DNA of 64,000 nt from Salininema proteolyticum (GCF_042685645.1 NZ_JBHUNX010000001.1:4511319-4575318), one strand, 5' to 3'; counted from the stretch's first letter, positions 36,464 through 48,292 are shown. Notes: generated by a model not told the origin, from the sequence alone. A program made the numbers and translations.

Positions 36464-37086
36464 TGGCCGCGACGACAGCCGACCTGTACCGGCAGACCCT
36501 TCAGGAACTGGACACGGTGCGCCGGCGCTCCGCCTCGCAGGCGGAGGCGCACCGGGCCGCCATGGAGAGCTCCGCGCAGCGCGCTGAGCAGCTCCGGGCG
36601 GCCTCGGACGAAGGCCGGGCCTCGGCGGAGGCGCTGGCCGCCGCGACGCGGGCGAAGCCCGCGGGAGGACGGCCGGAGGCGGCGGCGCAGCCGGACTCGT
36701 TGGACGCTGTGGAACACGACCTGAGGGCCGCCGAGGGGGACCTCGAAGAGGCCAAGTACCTGGCGCACCGGCCGGCGTTCCTGCCGCGCTGGCGTTCCGA
36801 CGAGCGCAATGCCGTCGTCTACGCCGGAGCGGCCCTGGCGGGTTTGGCCGCCCAACTCGTCGCGCTGCGCACGTGGTCGGGCGACGGGATCGTGGACCTT
36901 CTGATCCTGCTGGCCATTCTGGTGGCGTTCCCGCTGGCGGCCTTCGGCGCCGGGTGGCTCGCGATCGGCGTCGTCGCCCGTCCGCGCCTCGGGGAGCCGG
37001 AGAAGCTGGTGCGCAATCCCCGCCTGGGCCTGGTCATAGCTGCCACGGCGTGCGCGGTGGCCGCGTACGCCGCTTTCGCCGGTTGA
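36463..37086 (+). CDS. coiled-coil plus 3-TM membrane protein, translationally coupled to the FtsK-like gene
   Basis: ATG overlaps the upstream stop (TGATGG). N-terminal about 110 aa are helical/coiled-coil (QTLQELDTVRRRSASQAEAHRAAMESSAQRAEQLRAAS). The C-terminal half has three hydrophobic helices. Confidence 0.55.
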   Translation: MAATTADLYRQTLQELDTVRRRSASQAEAHRAAMESSAQRAEQLRAASDEGRASAEALAAATRAKPAGGRPEAAAQPDSLDAVEHDLRAAEGDLEEAKYLAHRPAFLPRWRSDERNAVVYAGAALAGLAAQLVALRTWSGDGIVDLLILLAILVAFPLAAFGAGWLAIGVVARPRLGEPEKLVRNPRLGLVIAATACAVAAYAAFAG

Positions 37087-37335
37087 CGCGGGCCCGTTCC
37101 AGCGTGCGCCGGTCATGGGACGGGCATTCCGCCTTGACTGCGGGATGGCCGTTGCACCCTGGCCACGGGAGTGCCTGGCGACCTGATCACGGGATGGCCG
37201 TTGCACCCTGGCCACGCCCTGACCACGGGAGTGCCTCGCGACCCGATCACGGGATGGCCATCACCCTCCGACCACCGGATGGCAGCGCGTCCGGCGGGCT
37301 CACCGGCCTGCGGCCCCTCGCGGCCTACTCGTGGT

Positions 37336-37812
37336 CTACTCACTCTCGTACGAGTAGTGGTACCAGATCTCGCGCGAGCCCCGGCCGGGCTCCTCGCGGT
37401 TGAACCGGTCGTAGAGCGCTTGACCGGAGTGGTTGTCCGGGGCGGTCTCCCAGTTCATGACCGGGTATCCGCGCTCCGCGGCCGCCTTCGCGGCGGCGCG
37501 CATCAGGAGCGTTCCGACGCCCTCGGTTCCGCGCCCGCGGTACTCCGGCACCACATAGAGGTCGTTCAACAGGGCGTCGACGGTCGCGCGGGTGGACGTG
37601 CGGACCCAGTAGAGCGTCGCGAACCCGACGGCCTCGCCGCCGTCCATCGCGATCAACTGCAGTCCGAGCCGGTCGTCGGCCACCAGGTCGCCGAAGAAGG
37701 CGCGGTTGCGCTCCTCGTCCGGCTCCTGCCCGTAAAACCGCTGGTAATCGGCGATGAGCGGAAGGGCGAGCGTTAGGTTCTCGTCGGTGACGACGTCGAT
37801 CTCAAGGGTCAC
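37336..37812 (-). CDS. GNAT-family N-acetyltransferase
   Basis: GTG start with GAGGAG 6 nt upstream. Acetyl-CoA motif A YVVPEYRGRGTEGVGTLLMRAAAKAAAERG. Confidence 0.8.
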   Translation of the reverse strand: MTLEIDVVTDENLTLALPLIADYQRFYGQEPDEERNRAFFGDLVADDRLGLQLIAMDGGEAVGFATLYWVRTSTRATVDALLNDLYVVPEYRGRGTEGVGTLLMRAAAKAAAERGYPVMNWETAPDNHSGQALYDRFNREEPGRGSREIWYHYSYESE

Positions 37813-37889
37813 GGGGATCTCCTCACAAGCGGGGGTGCCCACCATAACAAGGACCCGATCCCCTTGGGGCGCCGGTGGAACGACGGCGG

Positions 37890-38519
37890 TCAGTCGTAGG
37901 GGCTGTCCTCGGCGACGCCCCACATCTCGGCCGCGTCGGGGTCGATGCCGTCGCGCCCGGGGCGGTAGTCGGGGTCGAAGTCCGGGTCCTCGTCGTCTTC
38001 CTCGTCGTCCGGACGCCACTGGTCGGACGAGGTGCGCGCCCCGCCGTCGCCCGTTCCGGCGTCCGCCGGGGCGGGACTCGGGCCGTGCCCGGCGGACGCG
38101 CCCTGCCCGGACTGCGAGGTCGGGTCGGCGCTGCGGGCGATGGTCCGGAGCATGTCGACCGTCTCGTCGTCGCCCTCCTCGACCGCGCTGCGCACGTCCT
38201 CGTCCATGGGGATGTCCCAGTAGGAGATCTCCCCGTCCTCGACCTGCTCGGCGATGCGCTTCCACATGTCGTCCTGCTGCGAGCGCAGGAGGTTGGCGAT
38301 GCCCCAGGCCGTCTGCGAGCCGCCGTCGGCCGTGCCGCGGGCCAGGAGGTAGGCGTGCAGGCGCTGGAGGTCGAACGGGCCGTCCGCGTCGAAGGGCTCG
38401 GGTTCGGGGGCGGACCCGTCCGCCGGAACGGAGCGGTCTCCCCCTCCCCGGCCGGTCTCTGCGTCGTCGAAGAGGCCCGAGCGGAGGTAGGCCGGCGTTT
38501 CGGGAGGTTCGGCTGTCAT
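37890..38519 (-). CDS. acidic hypothetical protein
   Basis: 209-aa ORF, Asp/Glu-rich with Pro/Gly-rich termini. Composition is consistent with coding, but there are no motifs. Confidence 0.5.
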   Translation of the reverse strand: MTAEPPETPAYLRSGLFDDAETGRGGGDRSVPADGSAPEPEPFDADGPFDLQRLHAYLLARGTADGGSQTAWGIANLLRSQQDDMWKRIAEQVEDGEISYWDIPMDEDVRSAVEEGDDETVDMLRTIARSADPTSQSGQGASAGHGPSPAPADAGTGDGGARTSSDQWRPDDEEDDEDPDFDPDYRPGRDGIDPDAAEMWGVAEDSPYD

Positions 38520-38573
38520 GCGCTGACTCGATTCGCTGTGCGGTACGGCGGGGTCGGGGGAGGGGATATGGAG

Positions 38574-39026
38574 TCAAGATACTGAAGCCGCGCCACCGCC
38601 ACAAGCAGTTTCAGAATTGTATAAGCTTCTGCGCCGGCGGACCTGTGCGAGGTATATCGCTCCGCCTATCGGCAGGAGGAGCGGAACGAAGGCGTATCCG
38701 GAGCCGAAGTGCGACCAGACGCTCGCCTCGGGGAAGAGCGAGGGAACGGCGTAGCTGAGCGCCCCGACGGCGAGCACGCCGGCCAGTTCGATGCCCACGG
38801 CGATCTGCGCGGTGGTCCGGCGTCCGCGCACGATGGCGACGGCGGCGACGATGTACACGGCCGCGGCGATGGTGGAGAGGGTGTAGCTGAGGGGCGCCTC
38901 GGTGAATTTCGTGCCGACCTGGAAGAGCGCGCGGGCTCCGGCCGAGACGGCGAAGACGGTGTAGACGAGGGCGATGAGCCGTCCGGGGCCGCTGGCGAGG
39001 CTCCGGTCCGGGTTATCCGACGACAT
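38574..39026 (-). CDS. hypothetical membrane protein (4 TM)
   Basis: 150-aa ORF with four hydrophobic helices. Overlaps the next gene by 14 nt. Confidence 0.45.
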   Translation of the reverse strand: MSSDNPDRSLASGPGRLIALVYTVFAVSAGARALFQVGTKFTEAPLSYTLSTIAAAVYIVAAVAIVRGRRTTAQIAVGIELAGVLAVGALSYAVPSLFPEASVWSHFGSGYAFVPLLLPIGGAIYLAQVRRRRSLYNSETACGGGAASVS

Positions 39027-39384
39027 TGATGTGGGTCTCCCAGATCTGGTTGCAGCGGAAGAGCAGGGCGGCCACGACGAAGGGGGCGACGGCGACGGTG
39101 CCGATGCCCCAGCGGCTGCGGTCGATCCTGCCCCAGAAGTAGGCGAAAACGGGAACCAGCAATGCCACGACCAGGTAGCTGAAGAAGAGGGCCTTCTCGT
39201 CGCCGGGGGCGCCGGGGACGCGGGCGAACCCGCCGACGATGACGGTGAGGACGGCGGCCTCCATGACCCCGATGCCGATCGCGTGCGGTCGGCCGGGGCG
39301 GGCGAAGCGGGCCGTGTCGACCAGGAACCAGAGGCCCAGGGCCAGGGAAAGGGCCAGGGCGGGGTAGTACAGCCACTCGATCAC
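39013..39384 (-). CDS. hypothetical membrane protein (4 TM)
   Basis: 123-aa ORF: MIEWLYYPALALSLALGLWFLV... with four hydrophobic helices. Confidence 0.5.
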   Translation of the reverse strand: MIEWLYYPALALSLALGLWFLVDTARFARPGRPHAIGIGVMEAAVLTVIVGGFARVPGAPGDEKALFFSYLVVALLVPVFAYFWGRIDRSRWGIGTVAVAPFVVAALLFRCNQIWETHINVVG

Positions 39385-39585
39385 GTGACCACGGTATTAC
39401 CTCTTCGGGAGGGAGGGGGATGTGGACGGGCCGGTTGTGAAGAGCCGTCGGGGCCGCGCGGCCCCGACCGCTCGCGTTCTCTTTCGGCCCGTCCGCGGGC
39501 GCCCTGTGCCCGGGACCGCGGTTCCGTCCGGGCGCACGGTCGCCCCGTCCGGACGGCCGTTGCCGTCGCGCGGGCGATGGGCCGG

Positions 39586-40206
39586 CTAGGGGGAGTCCTC
39601 GCTGCCGGAGTCTCCTCCGCCGTCGTTCTTCCTGCCGCCGACGATCTTCACGAAGGCGATGACGATGGCGACGACCACGACGACGCCGAGGAGGGCGAGC
39701 AGGCCGTTCTTCATGCCGTTGCCGCCCTCGGAGTCGGAGGCGGATTCCTCGGAGGGGGAGGCTTCCCCGTCCGGGCCTTCGGCGGTCTCGCTCTGCTCGG
39801 CGGTGGGCTCGGTGTCCTCGCCGCCGTCGGCCCGCAGCGCTTCGGGGATCGACTCCGCCTCGAAGGCGATGGTGCCGCTGACGTTGTGGCCGTCCTCGGA
39901 GAGGACGCGGTAGGAGACGGTGTACTCGCCCGGAGCGGTGTACGTCATCGGCTGGGTCAGCGTGTTCCCATCGACCGACGGCTCGGCCAGGTCGAGGTCG
40001 CCGTCGGGTCCGGAGGCTCCGACCTGGGAGTTGTCCGGGTCGAGGTCCTCGTTGAAGGTGAAGGTGACCGTCTCGGGCGCGGCGTCGAGCGCGGCGCCGT
40101 CCTCCGGACTGGTCTCCAGCAGCGCGGCGTGGGCGGAGGCGGCCGTGGACACGCCGAGCGTGCCGACGAGGCCGGTCAGCGCGGCCGCGAATATTCTTTT
40201 CCACAT
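39586..40206 (-). CDS. CopC-domain copper-binding protein with a C-terminal membrane anchor
   Basis: Start at MWKRIF. Signal peptide, then HAALLETSPEDGAAL (the CopC N-terminal His-containing copper site), a beta-sandwich region, an acidic linker and a C-terminal TM. Confidence 0.8.
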   Translation of the reverse strand: MWKRIFAAALTGLVGTLGVSTAASAHAALLETSPEDGAALDAAPETVTFTFNEDLDPDNSQVGASGPDGDLDLAEPSVDGNTLTQPMTYTAPGEYTVSYRVLSEDGHNVSGTIAFEAESIPEALRADGGEDTEPTAEQSETAEGPDGEASPSEESASDSEGGNGMKNGLLALLGVVVVVAIVIAFVKIVGGRKNDGGGDSGSEDSP

Positions 40207-40568
40207 GCCCCGCATCCTTCCATGCGCGCCCGGGTCACTCTTCCGGAGGTGGTGCTCGAAGGTCCAGGTCACAGGGGGATATGTGCTGCCGCAGGAGAAA
40301 AGGGGCGCTGTGACGGTTCTCCCGCGCGGCTCCGCCTCCCGCCGCGACCGTGACCAACAGTGTTATTCATTCGTTATCCGAAGTGACGACGGGTGCCCGC
40401 TCGGGCCCGTCCGACCGCCCGGCCGGGCGGCGGAGGGGGAGCGGCCGCACCGTTTCCGCCCGGGGCCGAGCGCCCGGGGCGGACGGCGTCCACGCGCGGC
40501 CGTTGAGGATCGCGCACAGTGGAACTTGGTAAACGGGGAAGGGCAGCGATGAAGGTTGGTCGGTTTCT

Positions 40569-41084
40569 TTGTCCACAGTCAGCAGATCCATCGCGCCCGA
40601 GGGGCGCACGGCGGTTCCCGAGGAGCCGCCCGTCGAAGGCGATACCAGGGAGCTCGCCGCGACGATTCCTCTGAAGCCGCCGGCCCAGCTAGGAGGCGAT
40701 AAGAACGTGGCTCGACACGACGGAGAGCAGCGGCGCACGGAGGTGCGCCTCGACCGATGGCAGAGCGGCCGGCAGAGCCGTAGGAAGGCGGGCACCCGGG
40801 TGGGTTTCGCGACGGAGCAGCGCACGGAACAGCGGCGGACACGGAGGAAGCGGACGGAGAGCCTCTACTCGGTGGAGCAGCCGCCTCCCCTGGAGGCCCC
40901 GCGGGGCGTGGAGGAGTGGGTCGGCTGGGAGCTGGCCGCCAAGCTCTGGAGGGAGCACGTTCCGGAGCAGCTGCTGGGCGTGGACTGCGCGACGTGCGGG
41001 TCCGAGTGGCCTTGCGACGCTTGGGAGCTGGCCAATGGAATCCTGAACGACTGCCACCGCGCGGCGCAGGTCGCGGGGGAGTAA
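40569..41084 (+). CDS. hypothetical protein (weak call; start uncertain)
   Basis: 171-aa ORF. Arg-rich middle and a Cys/Trp-containing C-terminus (CATCGSEWPCDAWELANGILNDCH). No homology signal recognised. Confidence 0.3.
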   Translation: MSTVSRSIAPEGRTAVPEEPPVEGDTRELAATIPLKPPAQLGGDKNVARHDGEQRRTEVRLDRWQSGRQSRRKAGTRVGFATEQRTEQRRTRRKRTESLYSVEQPPPLEAPRGVEEWVGWELAAKLWREHVPEQLLGVDCATCGSEWPCDAWELANGILNDCHRAAQVAGE

Positions 41085-41181
41085 GGCCGAAGCGGCTGAC
41101 GCCGCCGGCCCCCGCCGGTATTCTCCGCACCGGGGACGGCCCGGCGGCAGGGGCGTGCCGACCCTGCCGAAGCACCCCGGT

Positions 41182-41208
41182 AAAGTTGAGTGGAGTCCGC
41201 TCAACTTT
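41182..41208 (+). promoter_or_regulatory. HspR-type inverted repeat (imperfect) upstream of dnaK
   Basis: AAAGTTGAGTGGAGTCCGCTCAACTTT is a near-perfect palindrome related to the HspR-associated inverted repeat (HAIR) CTTGAGT-N7-ACTCAAG. Confidence 0.6.
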
Positions 41209-41265
41209 GTCTGGTTACTCACAATGCCCCGAAAATCTTGACGCCGCCACCGCCGGCGAGCAATA

Positions 41266-41285
41266 TTGAGTCTAGCGGACTCAAG
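41266..41285 (+). promoter_or_regulatory. HspR-associated inverted repeat (HAIR) operator upstream of dnaK
   Basis: TTGAGT-CTAGCGG-ACTCAAG is an exact match to the HAIR consensus half-sites with N7 spacing. A TTGACG -35-like hexamer sits at about 41237-41242. Confidence 0.8.
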
Positions 41286-41476
41286 TTTTGAGATTATGAC
41301 TGAGGGACGGCCCCGCGTGGGACCGGGAGCTCAGGGGGCCGCAAGGCGCTCGGGCGAGCCCGGACGGCACGCCCCGTCCCGCGATGAAGCAAGAGCAAAT
41401 AAAAGGCATGGAGCCGCCGCCGGACGCGAGAGAGGTCCGGCGGCGGACTGGCAGAAAAGCAGTCAGGAGAACGAAT

Positions 41477-43320
<1,844 letters not shown>

Positions 43321-43321
<1 letters not shown>

Positions 43322-44040
43322 TGAGCGACGAGAACAAGGGCGAAGAGCCTCGCGAAGAGGCGGCCGCCGGAGAGCCCGACAACGGCTCCGAGGAGGCCGC
43401 CCCGGAGGGGGCCGAGAACGCCGAGACCGACCGGGGCTCCTCCGCGGAGGGCGATGACGCGCCCGAAGAGGGCGAGGCCCTGACCGTGGACGACATCCTG
43501 GCCGCCGCCGAAGAGGACGGAGCCGCGATGGAGGAGTCCTTCAAGGTCCTGGAGAAGAGCCTGTCCGAGCGCACCGCCGACCTGCAGCGCGTGACGGCCG
43601 AGTACCAGAACTACCGCAAGCGCGTCGAGCGGGACAAGTCCCGCGCCGCCGAGCTCGCGGTGGGCAACCTGGTCTCCGCGCTGCTGCCGGTGCTTGACGA
43701 CCTCGACAGGGCGCGCGAGCACGGCGACCTCACCGGCCCGTTCGCCGCGGTCGCCGACAGCCTCGCCTCCGCCCTGGAGAAGCAGGGCCTGGAGGCGTTC
43801 GGGGAGAAGGGCGACTCCTTCGACCCGGCGATCCACGAGGCGGTCGCGCACCTGCAGGACCCGAGCGTGGACGGCCCCACGTGCATCGACGTGATGCGCC
43901 GCGGCTACCGCATCGGGGAGCGCCTGGTGCGGCCCGCCATGGTGGCCGTCGCCGACGCCCCCGAGGAAGCCGGCTCCGAGGACGGGCCCGCGGAGCCGAA
44001 GGGCTCCGAGGGCGGGGATGACCCGAAGAACGAGGAGTAG
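43321..44040 (+). CDS. grpE: nucleotide exchange factor GrpE
   Basis: GTG start overlapping the dnaK stop. GrpE core (LQRVTAEYQNYRKRVERDK...ALLPVLDDLDRA). Confidence 0.93.
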
Positions 44041-44051
44041 GAGGGGGACCG

Positions 44052-45170
44052 ATGGCATCGCAGGACTGGCTTGACAAGGACTTCTACGCCGAGCTCGGCG
44101 TGCCTTCGGACGCCTCCAAGAAGGACATCGACAAGGCCTACCGCAAACTGGTGCGCCAGTACCACCCGGACAACAACAGCGAACCGGGCGCGGAGGACAG
44201 GTTCAAGGCGGTGTCCGAGGCCTACTCGGTCCTCCACGACGACGCGAAGCGCGCCGAGTACGACGAGGTCCAGCTGATGAAGTCGGGCCGCGGAGGCTTC
44301 GGCGGATTCGGCGGCGGAGGGGTCAACATGGAGGACCTCTTCCGCCAGGGTTCGTCGTCCGGCGACTTCGGCGACATCTTCGGGAACCTCTTCGGAGGCT
44401 CCCGGCGTCGCAGCCGCGGCCCGAGACCGGGCAACGACCTGCGCACGCACATGACCGTCGACTTCGCCGACGCCGTCCAGGGGACCACCCACGACCTGCG
44501 CATGCGGGCCCCGGGGACGTGCGAGACCTGCCACGGGTCGGGCGCGGCGCCGGGCACCAGCCCGCAGACGTGCCCCCGCTGTTCGGGCGCGGGCATGGTC
44601 ACGGTCAACCAGGGCGGCTTCTCGTTCCAGCAGACGTGCCCCGACTGCGAAGGGTCGGGGTCGATCGTCCCGACGCCGTGCTCGGAGTGCGGCGGTTCCG
44701 GGGCGGTCACCAAGGACCGCACCATCACCGTCCGCATCCCGGCGGGCATCCGCGACGGCCAGACCATCCGGCTGGCCGGGCGCGGCGCCCCCGGCGAGCG
44801 GGGCGGGCCGTCCGGCGACCTCATGGTCGACGTGCACGTCCGCAACCACCCGCTGTTCGGGCGGGACGGGAACAACCTGACCCTCCGCCTGCCGGTCGCC
44901 TACACGGAGGCCGCACTGGGCGCGAAGGTGTCGGTGCCGACGCTGGAGGACTCGGTGACCATGAGGGTCCCGGCCGGAACGCCGTCCGGACGCGTCCTGC
45001 GCGTCAAGGGGCGCGGCGTCCCCGGCAAGGGAGACCTGCTGGTGACCGTCGACGTCCAGGTGCCGCAGGACTTGAGCCGCGAGGCCAAGGAAGCGCTGGA
45101 GAAGTACGCGGCCGTCGAGCCGCCGGCCGACCGGCGCGACCTGACCGAGTTCACCGGCAAGAATCCGTAG
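44052..45170 (+). CDS. dnaJ: co-chaperone DnaJ
   Basis: J domain with HPD (YRKLVRQYHPDNN). G/F region. Four CxxCxGxG zinc-finger repeats. Confidence 0.95.
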   Translation: MASQDWLDKDFYAELGVPSDASKKDIDKAYRKLVRQYHPDNNSEPGAEDRFKAVSEAYSVLHDDAKRAEYDEVQLMKSGRGGFGGFGGGGVNMEDLFRQGSSSGDFGDIFGNLFGGSRRRSRGPRPGNDLRTHMTVDFADAVQGTTHDLRMRAPGTCETCHGSGAAPGTSPQTCPRCSGAGMVTVNQGGFSFQQTCPDCEGSGSIVPTPCSECGGSGAVTKDRTITVRIPAGIRDGQTIRLAGRGAPGERGGPSGDLMVDVHVRNHPLFGRDGNNLTLRLPVAYTEAALGAKVSVPTLEDSVTMRVPAGTPSGRVLRVKGRGVPGKGDLLVTVDVQVPQDLSREAKEALEKYAAVEPPADRRDLTEFTGKNP

Positions 45171-45247
45171 ACGCCGGCGCCGCCGCCCGGGAATGGGCGG
45201 CGGCGCCGGGGTGTCTTGGAAAGGGACACCGAACGGGAGGAGAGACC

Positions 45248-45706
45248 GTGGCAGCCACCCCGAGACGCAAGAGCAGGACCGTCATCGAAGTGACGGTCTC
45301 CGAGGGCGACGCCGACTACGAGGCGAAGATCCTCACCATCTCCGTCGCCGCCGAGATGGCCGGCATGCACCCGCAGACGCTGCGCCAGTACGACCGCATC
45401 GGGCTGGTCGAGCCGGGCCGGACGCCCGGCGGCGGGCGCCGCTACTCGGCCCGCGACGTCAGCGACCTGCGCGAGGTGCAGCGCCTCAGCCAGGACGAGG
45501 GCATCAACCTCGCCGGCATCAAGCGCATCATCGACCTGCAGCGGGAAGCCGACCAGGCCAGGGCCAAGGCCGCCGCGCTCGCCGAGGAGGTCGCCCGGAT
45601 GCGCGCCGAGATGACGGAGCTGCACGCCGTCGCCGAGGCCTTCACCAAACAGGTCGCCGTGCGCCAGAGCGGCGAGATCGCCGTCTGGCGGCCCCGCCGC
45701 CGCTGA
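45248..45706 (+). CDS. hspR: MerR-family heat-shock repressor HspR
   Basis: GTG start. MerR helix-turn-helix (ILTISVAAEMAGMHPQTLRQYDRIGLV) plus a C-terminal coiled coil. Positioned as the last gene of the dnaK operon, with HAIR sites upstream of dnaK. Confidence 0.9.
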   Translation: MAATPRRKSRTVIEVTVSEGDADYEAKILTISVAAEMAGMHPQTLRQYDRIGLVEPGRTPGGGRRYSARDVSDLREVQRLSQDEGINLAGIKRIIDLQREADQARAKAAALAEEVARMRAEMTELHAVAEAFTKQVAVRQSGEIAVWRPRRR

Positions 45707-45840
45707 TCCGGGGCGGCCGCGAGCCCTATGAGCTTGCGCACCGGCCGTGCGGGGGCGCCGAGAAGCGGATGGCGCCCCGGGATCCGGCGGCCTTACAATG
45801 TCTCCATGGACGATAGTCATAGTCTCAAGGCCAGGTCATA

Positions 45841-47184
45841 GTGCTCATAGCCATTGGTCTGGCCATCATTCTCGCCGTAACGGCCGCCACGGGATTCTTC
45901 GTGGCCCTCGAATTCGCCTACACCGCCGTGGACCGCTCCAGGATCCAGGACATCATGGCCAACGACCCGGACCGCGCGCCCCAGGCGCGCCGGGCCCTGG
46001 CCATCGTCCGACGGCTCTCCTTCGCCCTCTCCGGGGCCCAGCTGGGAATCACCGTCACGGCCCTCTTCGTCGGCTTCTTCGCCGAACCCTACCTGGGAAA
46101 GGGACTCGCCGCCCTCTTCGGAACCGCGGGAGTCCCCGCGGGCGTCTCGATCACCATCGGCGCCGTCCTGTCCTTCCTCGTCGCCAACGTCATCCAGATG
46201 GTGCTCGGCGAGCTGGGTCCCAAGAACCTCGCCATCGCCCGCACCGAGGCGCTGGCCCTCTGGCTCTCCCGGCCGACCCAGATATACCTCGCCGTCTTCG
46301 GGCCGCTCATCACCTTCTTCGACGCGGCCTCCACGAAGCTCCTGAGGCTCATCGGCATCCACGCCGTCGAGGAGCTGGAGCACGCGGCCACGGCCGAGGA
46401 CCTCCACCACATCATCGACCAGTCCCGCGACGAGGGCACCCTCGACGCCGGACTGTCCGAGCTGCTCGACCGCGGGCTCGACTTCAGCGAGATCACCGCC
46501 GAGCAGGCCTCCACCCCGCGCGTGGACGTGCACACCCTCCCGACCGACGCCACCGTCGCCGACGCCGTCGACGCCCTCCACACCGGGCACTCGCGCTTCC
46601 CGATCCTGGGCAGCGACGTCGACGACATCCGCGGCGTCATCGGGCTGTCCAACATCATCAAGGTCCCCCGCGAGGACCGCGCCGAAACCCCGGCGGTGGC
46701 CGCTGCCGACCCGGCCCTCCTGGTCCCCGGGTCGCTCCCGCTGCCGCAGCTGCTGGAGAACATGCGCTCCCAGCACCGCCAGATGGCCTGCGTCGTCGAC
46801 GAGTACGGCGGCTTCGACGGGATCGTGACCCTCGAGGACCTCGCCGAGGAACTCGTCGGGGACATCCGCGACGAACAGGACCGCTACGAGGCCGGCCCGG
46901 TCGCCCTCTCCGGCGGCGCGTGGATCGTGCCCGGCCGCTGGCGCATCGACGAGATAGCCGACGCCACCGGCATCGGCCTGCCCGAGTCCGAGCACTACGA
47001 GACCATCGGCGGGCTCGTCATGTCCGAGCTGGGGCGCCTGCCCCGCAAGGACGACGAGGTGACCCTCCCGGTCGCCACCTCCGACCCGCAGGTCGACAGG
47101 GTCGAACTCCTGGTCGTCTCCATCGCTCGGCACGTGCCGCAAGCGGTCGAGATGCGGCCCCTGCGAGAGGGGGAGGCCGTATGA
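45841..47184 (+). CDS. hemolysin-family/CNNM protein (DUF21 TM domain + CBS pair + CorC_HlyC)
   Basis: DUF21 4-TM N-terminus. Two CBS domains. C-terminal transporter-associated domain. Confidence 0.85.
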   Translation: MLIAIGLAIILAVTAATGFFVALEFAYTAVDRSRIQDIMANDPDRAPQARRALAIVRRLSFALSGAQLGITVTALFVGFFAEPYLGKGLAALFGTAGVPAGVSITIGAVLSFLVANVIQMVLGELGPKNLAIARTEALALWLSRPTQIYLAVFGPLITFFDAASTKLLRLIGIHAVEELEHAATAEDLHHIIDQSRDEGTLDAGLSELLDRGLDFSEITAEQASTPRVDVHTLPTDATVADAVDALHTGHSRFPILGSDVDDIRGVIGLSNIIKVPREDRAETPAVAAADPALLVPGSLPLPQLLENMRSQHRQMACVVDEYGGFDGIVTLEDLAEELVGDIRDEQDRYEAGPVALSGGAWIVPGRWRIDEIADATGIGLPESEHYETIGGLVMSELGRLPRKDDEVTLPVATSDPQVDRVELLVVSIARHVPQAVEMRPLREGEAV

Positions 47185-48200
47185 GCCCCGGACCCGCACT
47201 CGCCGTCTCCGTACTCCTGCTCGTGCTCAACGCGTTCTTCGTGGCCGCCGAGTTCGCCCTCGTCGCCTCCCGCGCCCACCGGCTCGAGCAGATCAATACC
47301 CGCGCCTCGCGCTCGGCCCTCGACGGGACCAGGCACCTGTCGATCATGCTCGCGGGAGCGCAGCTGGGCATCACCGTCTGCACCGTCGGGCTCGGCGCGC
47401 TCGCCGAGCCGGCCGTCGCGACCCTGTTCGAGGGCCCGCTGCACGCCCTCGGCCTGCCCTCGGGCGCCTCGCACGCCATCGCGTTCACCATCGCTCTGCT
47501 CATCGTCGTCTTCCTGCACATGGTCGTCGGCGAGATGATGCCCAAGTCCTGGGCCATCAGCCACCCGGAGCGCTCGGCGTCGATCCTCATCTGGCCCTTC
47601 CGGGCCTTCGTGTGGATCGCCCGTCCGCTCATCGCGTTCCTCAACGTCTCGGCCAACGGGCTGCTGCGCCTGTTCGGGGTGGAGCCCGCCGACGAGAAGG
47701 CCCAGGCGCACTCGCCGCAGGAGCTGCGCTACCTGCTGCGCTCCAGCGCCGAGGCCGGGCTGCTCGACCAGCCCGAGCGCGACATCCTCACCCACGCCAT
47801 CCAGGTGCAGGAGACGACGGTCGGGGAGGTGGCCGTTCCCTGGGACACGGTCGTCACCGTCCCCGCCTCGGCCCGCTGCCGGGAGATCGAGGCCGTCTGC
47901 CGGGACACGGGGCGCTCGCGCCTGGTCGTGGTCGGCCCGGACGACCAGCCCGTGGGCCTGGTGCACGTGCGCCAGGCGGTGACGGCCAAGGAGGACCCGA
48001 GCGCCGGCCGCCTGGCGTTCGCGCCGCTCCTGGCTCCGGCGAACACGACCGTCTCCGACGCGGTGGCGCTGCTGAAGCGACAGCACTCGCAGCTGGCCCT
48101 CGTGACCGACGAGAGCTACGCCGTTGTCGGTCTCGTCGCCATGGAGGACCTCCTCGAGGAGATCATGGGCGACTTCTACGACGAGTCGGACCGCCGTTAG
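47181..48200 (+). CDS. CNNM-type protein (DUF21 + CBS pair), paralogue of the upstream gene
   Basis: ATG overlaps the upstream stop (ATGA). Same DUF21/CBS organisation but lacks the long C-terminal domain. Confidence 0.85.
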   Translation: MSPGPALAVSVLLLVLNAFFVAAEFALVASRAHRLEQINTRASRSALDGTRHLSIMLAGAQLGITVCTVGLGALAEPAVATLFEGPLHALGLPSGASHAIAFTIALLIVVFLHMVVGEMMPKSWAISHPERSASILIWPFRAFVWIARPLIAFLNVSANGLLRLFGVEPADEKAQAHSPQELRYLLRSSAEAGLLDQPERDILTHAIQVQETTVGEVAVPWDTVVTVPASARCREIEAVCRDTGRSRLVVVGPDDQPVGLVHVRQAVTAKEDPSAGRLAFAPLLAPANTTVSDAVALLKRQHSQLALVTDESYAVVGLVAMEDLLEEIMGDFYDESDRR

Positions 48201-48212
48201 ACCGATACCCGA

Positions 48213-48262
48213 CCGGCCGGGCCGCGAGCATTCCGCCACCGTGCGGGCTCGCGGCCCGGCCG
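48213..48262 (+). terminator. intrinsic-terminator-like hairpin after the CNNM gene pair
   Basis: 16-bp perfect stem CCGGCCGGGCCGCGAGC...GCTCGCGGCCCGGCCG followed by TTTCTCC. Confidence 0.5.
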
Positions 48263-48292
48263 TTTCTCCGCGCTGGGCGGAAAACGCCGTCC

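Noticed and set aside
40207-40568. Copper-responsive operator (CsoR/CopY-type) upstream of the CopC gene
   Set aside because: I looked for GC-rich pseudo-palindromes of the CsoR type and found only weak partial repeats (GGTCAC...GGTCAC). That is not enough to call.
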